Source: Chlamydiia bacterium
GTDB taxonomy: Bacteria; Chlamydiota; Chlamydiia; Chlamydiales; JAAKFQ01
Direction: 5' to 3'
Assembly (NCBI GenBank): GCA_041688145.1
Contig: JBDNIV010000006.1
Coordinates: 1-25,637 of the forward strand
Length of the DNA: 25,637 nucleotides
Under the pieces are notes generated by a model, which saw nothing but the letters and a program-made list of their open reading frames with translations, did no database searches and was not told the origin of the DNA. Below are positions 1-8,496 of this stretch, piece after piece. The translations under genes and the position numbers were made by a program. Numbering within the stretch: the stretch's first letter is position 1; the number at the start of each line of letters is the position of its first letter.

Positions 1-177
1 CACAAACAATTTTTAAGCTTTTTATTCGATCGGGTTGAAGAAAAAAAAGAAGAGTTTTCATGGGGACTGGACTGGCTAATTGCTTATCTTGTGCAGATGC
101 GCCTTGTAAGCAAAATTTATCCTCCCTCATCACAAACCTTTGATATTTTGGAGCAAATAAGTGAAAGAGCAAGCTAA
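1..177 (+). CDS. 5'-truncated CDS, C-terminus of DUF2764/CT309-like V-ATPase operon protein
   Basis: Frame 1 is open from base 1 (HKQFLSFLFDRVEEKKEEFSWGLDWLIAYLVQMRLV...SERAS*) to TAA at 175-177, overlapping the atpA start by 17 nt. The position just upstream of atpA matches chlamydial CT309. It is absent from the ORF track. Confidence 0.7.
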   Translation, partial: HKQFLSFLFDRVEEKKEEFSWGLDWLIAYLVQMRLVSKIYPPSSQTFDILEQISERAS

Positions 178-1942
178 AGGAACCGTAGTTCGTGCAGTAG
201 AAAACCTTCTTTATGTGCGTTTTGAAGGGTGCGTACGACAAGGAGAGATGGGTTTTGTGATGCTCGATGCGAAGCATCCTCTTAAAGGGGAAGTGATTGA
301 AGTGCGTGGCGATGTAGTCAAAATGCAGGTTTTTGAAGCCACGGGGGGCGTTTATGAAGGAGTCCCGGTCACTTTTTCAGGAGCACTTTTGGAAGCAGAG
401 CTTGGCCCAGGTCTTTTAACGTCTATTTTTGATGGCCTTCAAAATCCTTTAGAGAAAATAGCAGCAGGCTATGGGAACTTTTTGCCGCGAGGCGTCTATT
501 TACCGTCCCTTGACAGGAAGCGCACCTGGGAATTTTTTCCAAGTGCACATCCAGGAGATGAGGTTGAAGCAGGCAGTTTTTTAGGGCACGTCAAAGAAGA
601 GCAGATTGAGCACAAAATTATGGTTCCTTTCTCAGCTAAAGGAACGTATAAAATAGAAAGAATTGTAGGTGAAGGCTCGTATACGGTTGATGCTCCTATT
701 GCTAAGTTAAAGGGACAAAACGGTACTCTTAATGTCACAATGATGCAAAAGTGGCCAGTAAAGCAGGGGCTTTCTGTTGGAGAAAGGATAAAGCCAACGG
801 AGATGATGGAGACAGGATGTCGTGTAATCGACACCCAATTTCCTGTTGTAAAGGGGGGCACTTTTTGCGCGCCAGGTCCTTTTGGAGCGGGCAAAACTGT
901 CTTGCAGCACCATTTAGCTAAATATTCAGCTGTAGATATTGTTATTATTTGTGCCTGTGGTGAAAGGGCGGGTGAAGTTGTAGAGGTTTTAAAGACCTTT
1001 CCACACTTAACAGATAGCCATACAGGAGATTTACTCATGAATCGTACGGTGATCATTGGGAATACCTCTTCAATGCCTGTTGCTGCGCGAGAAGCTTCTG
1101 TATATATGGGAATGACGCTTGGTGAATATTACCGTCAGATGGGGCTTAATGTTTTACTTTTGGCTGACTCGACTTCTAGATGGGCGCAAGCTATGCGAGA
1201 GATGTCAGGGCGCCTAGAAGAAATCCCTGGAGATGAAGCTTTCCCTGCTTATTTGGCTTCACGTATTGCTGCTTTTTATGAAAGGGCAGGGGTGATTAGT
1301 TTAAAACAGGGGGGGGTAGGCTCTCTAACTGTTGGTGCTACTGTTTCGCCAGCAGGAGGGAATTTTGAAGAGCCCGTAACGCAGGCTACTCTTTGTGTTG
1401 TTGGCGCTTTTCATGGGTTATCCAGGGCGCGTTCAGACGCTAGAAGGTATCCTGCTATTGATCCTCTTACCTCATGGTCAAAATATGTGGATAGAGTAGC
1501 TAAAGAAGTGGAGCACAGAGTAAAAGGATGGGCAAATAAAGTACGCACAGCAAAAGAAATTTTAAATTCAGCTGATGAAATTGCTAGGCGTATGGAAGTT
1601 GTTGGTGAAGAGGGCATTGCTGTAGAAGATATGCTGCTTCATCTAAAAGGAGAGCTTTACGATTTTTGCTATTTGCAGCAAAATGCTTTTGATGCTCAGG
1701 ATACCTACTGCCCACTTGATAGACAATTTGAACTTTTTCAACTGATTTGGTCTATTTTTGAGCTTCCTTGTAGTTTTCTTTCTAAAGATGAGATGCGTAG
1801 GTTTTTTCTCGATATGCAAAACGAGATTAGAAACCTAAACTATTTAGTTTTTGGCAGTAAGCCTTATAAAAAATCTAAAGCGAGTATTGAACAGGAAATT
1901 CGCGAAAAAGCAACAGCTATGACAGCAAAAAGCGGTGTATGA
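161..1942 (+). CDS. atpA: V/A-type ATP synthase catalytic subunit A
   Basis: Walker [69 protein letters not shown] start. Confidence 0.98.
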   Translation: MKEQAKGTVVRAVENLLYVRFEGCVRQGEMGFVMLDAKHPLKGEVIEVRGDVVKMQVFEATGGVYEGVPVTFSGALLEAELGPGLLTSIFDGLQNPLEKIAAGYGNFLPRGVYLPSLDRKRTWEFFPSAHPGDEVEAGSFLGHVKEEQIEHKIMVPFSAKGTYKIERIVGEGSYTVDAPIAKLKGQNGTLNVTMMQKWPVKQGLSVGERIKPTEMMETGCRVIDTQFPVVKGGTFCAPGPFGAGKTVLQHHLAKYSAVDIVIICACGERAGEVVEVLKTFPHLTDSHTGDLLMNRTVIIGNTSSMPVAAREASVYMGMTLGEYYRQMGLNVLLLADSTSRWAQAMREMSGRLEEIPGDEAFPAYLASRIAAFYERAGVISLKQGGVGSLTVGATVSPAGGNFEEPVTQATLCVVGAFHGLSRARSDARRYPAIDPLTSWSKYVDRVAKEVEHRVKGWANKVRTAKEILNSADEIARRMEVVGEEGIAVEDMLLHLKGELYDFCYLQQNAFDAQDTYCPLDRQFELFQLIWSIFELPCSFLSKDEMRRFFLDMQNEIRNLNYLVFGSKPYKKSKASIEQEIREKATAMTAKSGV

Positions 1943-3252
1943 GAAAAATATACGACAGAATTCAAAGTGTTAGGGGAAGCCTGATTACAATTAAGGCCGA
2001 GCGTGCAGCGTTAGGTGAGCTTGCTGAAATCCGAAGAAAGGATGGCAGCACAAGCCTAGCTTCTGTACTCAGCTTTAATGAAGGCATTGTAACTCTTCAG
2101 GTTTTTGAATCTACTAGGGGAATATCGACAGGGGATGAGGTTGCTTTTCTTAACCGCCCTATGCGTGTTGGTTTTGGCAAGCAGCTTTTTGGGAGGCGTT
2201 TTGATGGTTCCGGTAAGCCTATAGATGGTGGTCCTGAAATAACAGGCGATACTATTGATATTGATACTCCGACATTTAATCCAGTAAAGCGCATTGTCCC
2301 TCAAGAGCAGGTGCGGACTAATATTCCTATGATCGATGTGTTTAACTGCCTTGTGAAATCACAAAAGATCCCTATTTTTTCGATTGCAGGAGAACCCTAT
2401 AATCCTCTTCTTATGCGGATTGCTAATCAGACAGATGCAGATGTTGTTATTATTGGAGGTATGGGCCTGCGTTTTGATGACTACGAAGCCTTTATTGAGA
2501 ATGCAGAAAATTCTGGCTCAGCGGATAAAACTGTCATGTTTATCCATAAAGCAACAGATCCTCCTGTGGAATGTCTTTTAGTACCTGATATGGCACTTAC
2601 TGTAGCAGAACAGTTTGCAGAGCAGGATAAAGACGTACTTGTGCTACTTACAGACATGTCAGCTTTTGCGGATGCGATTAAAGAGATTGCTATTACTATG
2701 GATCAAGTGCCTGCTAATAGAGGCTATCCAGGATCTCTTTATTCTGATTTAGCTTCGCGTTATGAAAGAGCAGTAGATATTGAGGGAAGTGGTTCAATCA
2801 CCATTATATCAGTAACAACAATGCCAGGCGGCGATGTTACACATCCGATCCCTGATAATACAGGCTATATTACAGAAGGGCAGTTCTACTTGCATGATGG
2901 AAGTATAGATCCTTTTGGCTCGCTTTCAAGGCTTAAGCAGCAAGTCATTGGCTCAAAAACACGAGAAGATCATGGAGATTTAGCTAATACGATGATTCGT
3001 CTATATGCTGATGCTAAAAAAGCACGTGAGCGTGAAGCTATGGGGTTTAAATTGTCTCAGTGGGATCAGAAGCTTCTGAAGTATTCAGGCCTTTTTGAAG
3101 AAGAAATGATGGATTTAGAGGTTAATCTTCCTCTTCAAGAAGCACTTGATTTGGGCTGGAATATTTTAGCTGGGTGCTTTAGTTCAGGTGAACTTGGATT
3201 GAAAAAAGAACTAGTTGATAAGTATTGGCCAAAACGGGCTTTGACGTCTTAA
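1939..3252 (+). CDS. atpB: V/A-type ATP synthase subunit B
   Basis: [52 protein letters not shown] overlap with the atpA stop. Confidence 0.98.
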   Translation: MRKIYDRIQSVRGSLITIKAERAALGELAEIRRKDGSTSLASVLSFNEGIVTLQVFESTRGISTGDEVAFLNRPMRVGFGKQLFGRRFDGSGKPIDGGPEITGDTIDIDTPTFNPVKRIVPQEQVRTNIPMIDVFNCLVKSQKIPIFSIAGEPYNPLLMRIANQTDADVVIIGGMGLRFDDYEAFIENAENSGSADKTVMFIHKATDPPVECLLVPDMALTVAEQFAEQDKDVLVLLTDMSAFADAIKEIAITMDQVPANRGYPGSLYSDLASRYERAVDIEGSGSITIISVTTMPGGDVTHPIPDNTGYITEGQFYLHDGSIDPFGSLSRLKQQVIGSKTREDHGDLANTMIRLYADAKKAREREAMGFKLSQWDQKLLKYSGLFEEEMMDLEVNLPLQEALDLGWNILAGCFSSGELGLKKELVDKYWPKRALTS

Positions 3253-3265
3253 AGGGGCATGCCAA

Positions 3266-3862
3266 GTGAAGGTAAAACTCACAAAAAATGAGCTTCGTGA
3301 TCAAGAGCACCGTTTGGGGCAACTGACTCGGTATTTGCCTACACTGCAGCTAAAAAAAGGCCTTTTGCAACAAGAGGTTTTTAAGGCGCGATCTGAGTTT
3401 CAAGAAAAGCAAAAAGCTCTAGAAGATCTTAAAAAAAAATTGCAATCACTAGCTTACTTATTTGCTCAGACACCTGGAGTCGATTTTCAGAAAATAACTT
3501 TGATTACTCATGTAGATAAGACCTGGGAAAACATCGCAGGTGTTGATGTGCCGACTGTACAAAAGGTCAACTTTGCATCAAATTCCTACTCTCTTTTTGC
3601 CAGCCCTATATGGGCAGATAGTTTAGTTGCTCTTATTCAAAAGTTTTGTACATCCCGAGAAGAGGTAAAAGCAGCAAATGAAAAAAAGGACCTTTTAGAA
3701 AAAGAGCTTCAAGATGTCTCTATCCGTGTCAATCTCTTTGAAAAGATTATGATTCCTAGAACAAAAGAAAATATCAAGCGTATCAAAGTGTTTTTATCAG
3801 ACCAGCAGCTTATGGCTGTTTGCCAAGCTAAAGCTTCGCAGAAGAAGGTGCTAGGGTTATGA
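3266..3862 (+). CDS. atpD: V/A-type ATP synthase subunit D
   Basis: LTKNEL, RYLPTLQLKK, NIAGVDVP, RVNLFEKIMIP; operon position. Confidence 0.95.
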   Translation: MKVKLTKNELRDQEHRLGQLTRYLPTLQLKKGLLQQEVFKARSEFQEKQKALEDLKKKLQSLAYLFAQTPGVDFQKITLITHVDKTWENIAGVDVPTVQKVNFASNSYSLFASPIWADSLVALIQKFCTSREEVKAANEKKDLLEKELQDVSIRVNLFEKIMIPRTKENIKRIKVFLSDQQLMAVCQAKASQKKVLGL

Positions 3863-5820
3863 GAAAAGACGTTTCGAAGCTTTTGATTTTAGGGCATATG
3901 AGTCAGCGGGCTCCTTTTCTTAAAAGAGCGCAAGCAGAAGGCCTTTTAGAGTTTGTTGATATGGATCATAAGAAAGCGGGCTTTTCTAAAGAAGTCAGTG
4001 AATATATCCGCGCCTTAAAAATTTTAAAGCGTTTTGAGGGAGACCACTGCTTATCTTATAGAGATTCTAAAAAAGATGAAAATGCTTCTTTAAAGAAAAA
4101 GCCATCTGTTCTTGCAAAAAAGACAGGCCAAGAACTTGCTCAGTGTATACTTGATACAGATAGTGAAACAATAAGGCTTATTGAAAAAAAAAAGATCTTG
4201 GAAGCTGAGTATAAGCGAGCGCGTCACTTTGGCCACTTTGAGAAACAAGATATTATTGATATCGAGTCTAATTCAGCTGTTCGCTTCCAATTTTTCTTAA
4301 GAAAACGAGGGTGTAAGCACCCTTTGCCTGAAGGCATTCTCATTGAAGTGGGGCAAGATCGTGATGCGAGCTACTTTGTCGGACTTTTTGAAAAACCAAT
4401 AGAAGATCCAGGGCTTATTCCGATATATATTGAGCGCACAGCTTTCGAGCTAGAAAAGCGCCTAAAAGAAATAAAAGAATCGCTAAACCTTTTGCACATG
4501 ACTTTTCACGAGCTAGTTCATTGCTTGGATAAGATCCAAAAAGACCTTTTAAGCAAGCTTAATAGCGATGATTTCACACATGCGAATAATGCCCTTAAAC
4601 CTGAGATGGAAGAGCGTTTATTTGTAGCTGAAGTGTGGATAGACAGTACAAAAGTAGAGGGTTTAAATGTGTGGGCAGCACCTTTTGATCTTTATATTGA
4701 AGAGCTTCCTATATCTCCTGATGATAAAGTGCCTACTATTCTAGAGAATAAGAACTTAGGAAAAATTGGTGAAGATCTTGTTGAGGTGTATGATGTGCCA
4801 TCAGCTCAAGATAAAGATCCCTCACTTTGGGTGCTAGTTGCTTTTTCAGCCTTTTTTGCGATGATTCTTGCTGATGCGGGATATGGACTGATTTTACTTG
4901 GGCTAAGTCTTTTCTTACGCTTTAAGTTTAAAAAAGTGTCGGACAAGGTAAAGCGTTTTTTCAGACTGCTAACTATTTTATCATGTACAACAGTCATTTG
5001 GGGCCTTTTGAGCGCATCTATTTTTGGTATAAACTTTGCTCCTGATAGTCCTATCCAACGTTTTAGCGTGATTCACTGGTTTTGTGTGAAAAAAGCTGGG
5101 TATCATATGCGTATGAAAGATGATGTCTATAAAGAATGGCTGCATAAGTACCCAAAACTTTCAGAGGTTAAAGACCCAAGCGAGGCGTTAGAAGTGTGTC
5201 ATAGAAGACTTGCTTCAGGTGATATTCGCTATGAGATGCAAGAAGAGTTTGCACAAAATGCACTTATGGAGCTCGCTATACTTATTGGGCTTACTCATAT
5301 TTGTTTGTCGCTGGTTAGGTATGTCAGAAGAAATCCTTCTGCTATTGGCTGGACCCTTTTCCTCATAGGAGGCTATCTTTTTTTCCCATCGCTCATCAAT
5401 GTCACAACATTTGTATATTCGATACTAGGCCTTTCTATACCTCTTATGGCTGCAGCGGGATTATGGATACTTATAGGAGGCGTAGGGCTTGCTTGGGGCT
5501 TGGCTATATGGAAAGAAAAATGGGCAGGGCTTGCTGAAATTACAAAAGGACTTCAGCTATTCGCTGATGTCTTATCGTATTTACGCCTCTATGCTTTAGC
5601 GCTAGCAGGTATGATTTTGGCATCTACATTTAATGATTTGGGGTATCAGATGGGGCCTATTTTTGGTCCTGTGGTCATTTTACTAGGCCACATAATTAAC
5701 TTGAGCATGGCGGTTATGGCTGCTGTTATTCATGGACTGCGTTTAAACTTTTTAGAATTTTATCATTACTGCTTCGATGGAGAAGGAAGACTTTTTTCTC
5801 CCTTGAGGATTAGAAAATAA
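3859..5820 (+). CDS. atpI: V/A-type ATP synthase subunit I (a)
   Basis: Soluble N-half and multi-TM C-half; DPS..FFAMILADAGYG, DVLSYLRLYAL (essential Arg), HGLRLNFLEF; ATGA overlap with atpD. Confidence 0.96.
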   Translation: MRKDVSKLLILGHMSQRAPFLKRAQAEGLLEFVDMDHKKAGFSKEVSEYIRALKILKRFEGDHCLSYRDSKKDENASLKKKPSVLAKKTGQELAQCILDTDSETIRLIEKKKILEAEYKRARHFGHFEKQDIIDIESNSAVRFQFFLRKRGCKHPLPEGILIEVGQDRDASYFVGLFEKPIEDPGLIPIYIERTAFELEKRLKEIKESLNLLHMTFHELVHCLDKIQKDLLSKLNSDDFTHANNALKPEMEERLFVAEVWIDSTKVEGLNVWAAPFDLYIEELPISPDDKVPTILENKNLGKIGEDLVEVYDVPSAQDKDPSLWVLVAFSAFFAMILADAGYGLILLGLSLFLRFKFKKVSDKVKRFFRLLTILSCTTVIWGLLSASIFGINFAPDSPIQRFSVIHWFCVKKAGYHMRMKDDVYKEWLHKYPKLSEVKDPSEALEVCHRRLASGDIRYEMQEEFAQNALMELAILIGLTHICLSLVRYVRRNPSAIGWTLFLIGGYLFFPSLINVTTFVYSILGLSIPLMAAAGLWILIGGVGLAWGLAIWKEKWAGLAEITKGLQLFADVLSYLRLYALALAGMILASTFNDLGYQMGPIFGPVVILLGHIINLSMAVMAAVIHGLRLNFLEFYHYCFDGEGRLFSPLRIRK

Positions 5821-5832
5821 GGAGAAATAGAT

Positions 5833-6255
5833 ATGGATTTAGGAACAATTGGACTTGCTTTAGCGCTTTGCTTAAGTTGTGCTGGAGCCGCTATTGGTTG
5901 TGGCATTGCCGGTATGGCAGCTCATGGAGTGATGAGTCGAACAGAAGAAGGTCGAGGAAAATTTTTAGGAATGTCGGCAATTCCTTCTTCTCAAATGATT
6001 TACGGTATCGTGCTTATGTTCAGGATGCAAGATAGCTTGAAAGCGGGCACTGTGACCCCTGAGGCAGCTTTTGGTATAGGCCTTACTGTTGGCTTGACTA
6101 TTTTGGTTTCAGCTGTTTACCAAGGTATGTGCGCGGCTACTGGGATACAAGCGTCATCTAGGGACCCGGCTCTTTTTGGAATAAGCTTAGCAACTCTTGG
6201 GATCATTGAGTCTTTTGCTCTATTTGCTCTTGTGTTTTCACTTGTGCTTATGTAA
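5833..6255 (+). CDS. atpK: V/A-type ATP synthase proteolipid subunit K (c), 4 TM
   Basis: 140 aa, very hydrophobic; SSQMIYG, YQG and IIESFALF motifs; AAGGAG SD upstream. Confidence 0.95.
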   Translation: MDLGTIGLALALCLSCAGAAIGCGIAGMAAHGVMSRTEEGRGKFLGMSAIPSSQMIYGIVLMFRMQDSLKAGTVTPEAAFGIGLTVGLTILVSAVYQGMCAATGIQASSRDPALFGISLATLGIIESFALFALVFSLVLM

Positions 6256-6278
6256 TTCATTTTTAGCACTTAATAGTG

Positions 6279-6770
6279 CTATGTATTGATGTGGATACCT
6301 ACTTTTGTCAGCAAAAAGCGCACAATGATAACAGGGTGTTTCATTAAAGCTTTGACTAAAAGGGAGTAGGTTGCATTAGGCACACTTTCAGTCACAGGAT
6401 CTACTCTTTTTTGCGCCTGCTCAATCCAGGCTTTATGAGGTGGAGGTAAGAGTTTTGGGAGCTCAGCTACTGGAAAGTATCTGACATCTTTAGATTCAGA
6501 ACTTAGACGTAAAGAGCCCGTCGGATTTTTGCAGACGAAAACGTGTGTGAGCTCTGAAAGTCTATTTAAGGGAGTATAGGTGCCAACTCGACGTTCTATA
6601 GAGGTGCTTAGGCCGCTCTCTTCAAGAACCTCGCGAATAGCTGCTTTTTCAGGAGTTTCATCTATATCTATACCACCGCCAGGCAGTACCCACACGGGGA
6701 TATCGCGTCTCTTTACTAAGAGTACAGAGGTCCTATCCTTATTAAACACAATTCCAATAGCGGCTACCAT
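6279..6770 (-). CDS. Nudix hydrolase
   Basis: Complete Nudix box G-GIDID-E-TPEKAAI-REVLEESGL. Start moved from the track's TTG (6806) to ATG 6770 (MVAAIG), which follows a good promoter. Confidence 0.9.
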   Translation of the reverse strand: MVAAIGIVFNKDRTSVLLVKRRDIPVWVLPGGGIDIDETPEKAAIREVLEESGLSTSIERRVGTYTPLNRLSELTHVFVCKNPTGSLRLSSESKDVRYFPVAELPKLLPPPHKAWIEQAQKRVDPVTESVPNATYSLLVKALMKHPVIIVRFLLTKVGIHINT

Positions 6771-6777
6771 AGAACAA

Positions 6778-6806
6778 ATTGTAGTTGATACCTTTAGGAA
6801 AAACAA
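6778..6806 (-). promoter_or_regulatory. sigma66/70-type promoter of the Nudix gene (TTGTTT-N17-TACAAT), 7 nt before ATG
   Basis: Minus-strand -35 at 6806-6801, -10 at 6783-6778, ATG at 6770; no SD. Confidence 0.6.
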
Positions 6807-6854
6807 TGGAATTAATCCCTTTTTATCGGTATAAAGGCGCCTAAAGGTAAGCGT

Positions 6855-7292
6855 ATGTTATGGTTAAGAATCCTTCTTTGTGCAGCTTTAAGTATGCTTT
6901 TGGGGTGCTCAAGCTCGCATATGCTCACTCTGTACAACCAGTCTATAGATAAAAAATTCCTAGCAAGTACAAAAGTAAAAAGCCCTGATTCTAGACAAAT
7001 GCCTTTGGAAAAGGGCCAGCGTCTAGTGATTGAGTGGGATATTCCCTCTGGTGCCTTTCGTTTCAATGATTGGGATCTTGTGGCTACATTGCAATTTGGA
7101 GACCGTTCTCAAGAAGTGCTAAGACGTCCCTTAGATAAAGATTCTGGGAGCTGGGTGCTTATGTGGAAAGGGCAGGAATTTTCCAGAAAAAGAGGGGTTG
7201 TCTCTTATAAGATTGAGCTTTTGCGAGAGGGCAAAATAGAAGAGACTTTTAACCATCAGCTTTATTGTGAGCTTATTAATCTTGATGAGTAG
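6855..7292 (+). CDS. Putative lipoprotein, CT303-like chlamydial conserved protein
   Basis: Signal peptide with lipobox LLGC (MLWLRILLCAALSMLLG-C). It lies between atpK and valS, like chlamydial CT303/CPn0093. Confidence 0.75.
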   Translation: MLWLRILLCAALSMLLGCSSSHMLTLYNQSIDKKFLASTKVKSPDSRQMPLEKGQRLVIEWDIPSGAFRFNDWDLVATLQFGDRSQEVLRRPLDKDSGSWVLMWKGQEFSRKRGVVSYKIELLREGKIEETFNHQLYCELINLDE

Positions 7293-7296
7293 CAGC

Positions 7297-8334
7297 CTAG
7301 AGAGGCTGTGAACAAGTAGCCGGCTGGCTAACACTTTGCTGGTTGACGGGGTGAGTCAGTTCTAAGATAGTCTTTTTGAGAGTTTCAAATGCAAGACAGC
7401 TATCGGTAATTGAGAGTGTGTCTTTAATGGGGCGAGCACTGAGATCTTGCCTTCCTTCTTCTAAGTGGCTCTCTATCATGAGGCCACAAATAGGAAGTCC
7501 CTCATCGCGCTTTAGCTTAAGAACATTTTTTACGACATCGAGTTGAGTTTTTGGATTTTTTTGAGAGTTTCCATGCCCACAATCTACGAGAATATGCGTT
7601 TTAATTTCTTCTTGTTCAAGTAAAAGCATAGCTTTATGGATAGAGCGGCTATCACAGTTAGGTTTTAAATCAGAGCCACGTAAAACTAAATGGGTATTAG
7701 GATTTCCAGGAGCTTTAATAACCGAAGGCAAAAAGTCACCATCGGGAGCAAAAAACGTTTGAGGTCTTCTAGCTGCATTTAAAGAAAAAACAGCAGGCTC
7801 TAAGTTCCCATGAATGCTATTTTTAAATCCCATAGGGCAAGTGAGTCTAGCAGCTAAGTGGCGATGGGGCTGGCTTGAGCAAGTGCGAGCTCCCACGCAT
7901 CCCCAGCTCACTAAGTCTTCTAGGTAAAGGGCGTAGTTAGGGTCTACAAATTCCATAGCTACAGGGACTTTCATTTTATTAAGAGTAAGCAAAATCTCCC
8001 TTGCTTCTAAGAGCCCTTTTTCAAGGTCATAGGATTCATCGAGATTGGGATCGTTTAAAAATCCCTTCCAGCCATCACTTGTTCTAGGTTTTTCAAAATA
8101 GGTGCGCATGACAATAAGCGCTTCTTTTTCAACAAGGCAGCTAAGTGCTTTTATCTTTTTCCCATATTCGATAGCGGCTGTTTTGGAGTGAATAGAACAA
8201 GGACCTAGAATCAGAAGTAAGCGAGGGTCTTTTCCATGAATAATATCAGCTATTTGCTCTTGAGTATCTTCTACAAAAAAGTCTTTCCTAGGCAAAAGTT
8301 TTTTGAAGGCATTTGGTGTGTACATAAGGCGCAT
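7297..8334 (-). CDS. aroG: 3-deoxy-D-arabino-heptulosonate 7-phosphate (DAHP) synthase, type I-alpha (AroF/G/H family)
   Basis: GPCSIH, MRTYFEKPRT, GWKG, GART, GFKN, HLVLRG, DCGHGNS, GLMIESHL, SITDSC. The true start may be ATG 8325. Confidence 0.93.
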   Translation of the reverse strand: MRLMYTPNAFKKLLPRKDFFVEDTQEQIADIIHGKDPRLLLILGPCSIHSKTAAIEYGKKIKALSCLVEKEALIVMRTYFEKPRTSDGWKGFLNDPNLDESYDLEKGLLEAREILLTLNKMKVPVAMEFVDPNYALYLEDLVSWGCVGARTCSSQPHRHLAARLTCPMGFKNSIHGNLEPAVFSLNAARRPQTFFAPDGDFLPSVIKAPGNPNTHLVLRGSDLKPNCDSRSIHKAMLLLEQEEIKTHILVDCGHGNSQKNPKTQLDVVKNVLKLKRDEGLPICGLMIESHLEEGRQDLSARPIKDTLSITDSCLAFETLKKTILELTHPVNQQSVSQPATCSQPL

Positions 8335-8388
8335 TCTAATATGGGAAGGAGTAAAAAATCTATGAGATTCATGAATTTCAAAAAAAGG

Positions 8389-8418
8389 TTGTATGATTTT
8401 TTTGCAGCTATGTAGACT
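8389..8418 (+). promoter_or_regulatory. Putative sigma66 promoter (TTGTAT-N18-TAGACT) for the 592-aa secreted protein
   Basis: -35 at 8389-8394, -10 at 8413-8418. A 5'UTR hairpin CCTTGAA/TTCAAGG lies at 8439-8459 and SD AAGGAG at 8484-8489. Confidence 0.45.
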
Positions 8419-8496
8419 TAATATCTTGTCTTAGGCTGCCTTGAAGCGCAGTTTCAAGGGCTTGTAGATTTTGAAAATCCTTAAAGGAGATTTCCT

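Noticed and set aside
1309..1316. G8 homopolymer in atpA as a phase-variation tract
   Set aside because: It is in frame within a conserved core gene (Gln-Gly-Gly-Val codons), with no sign of slippage.
7297..7320. Cys near the AroG C-terminus (TCSQPL) as a second CaaX
   Set aside because: The Cys is at -5, not -4, and the protein is a cytosolic enzyme.
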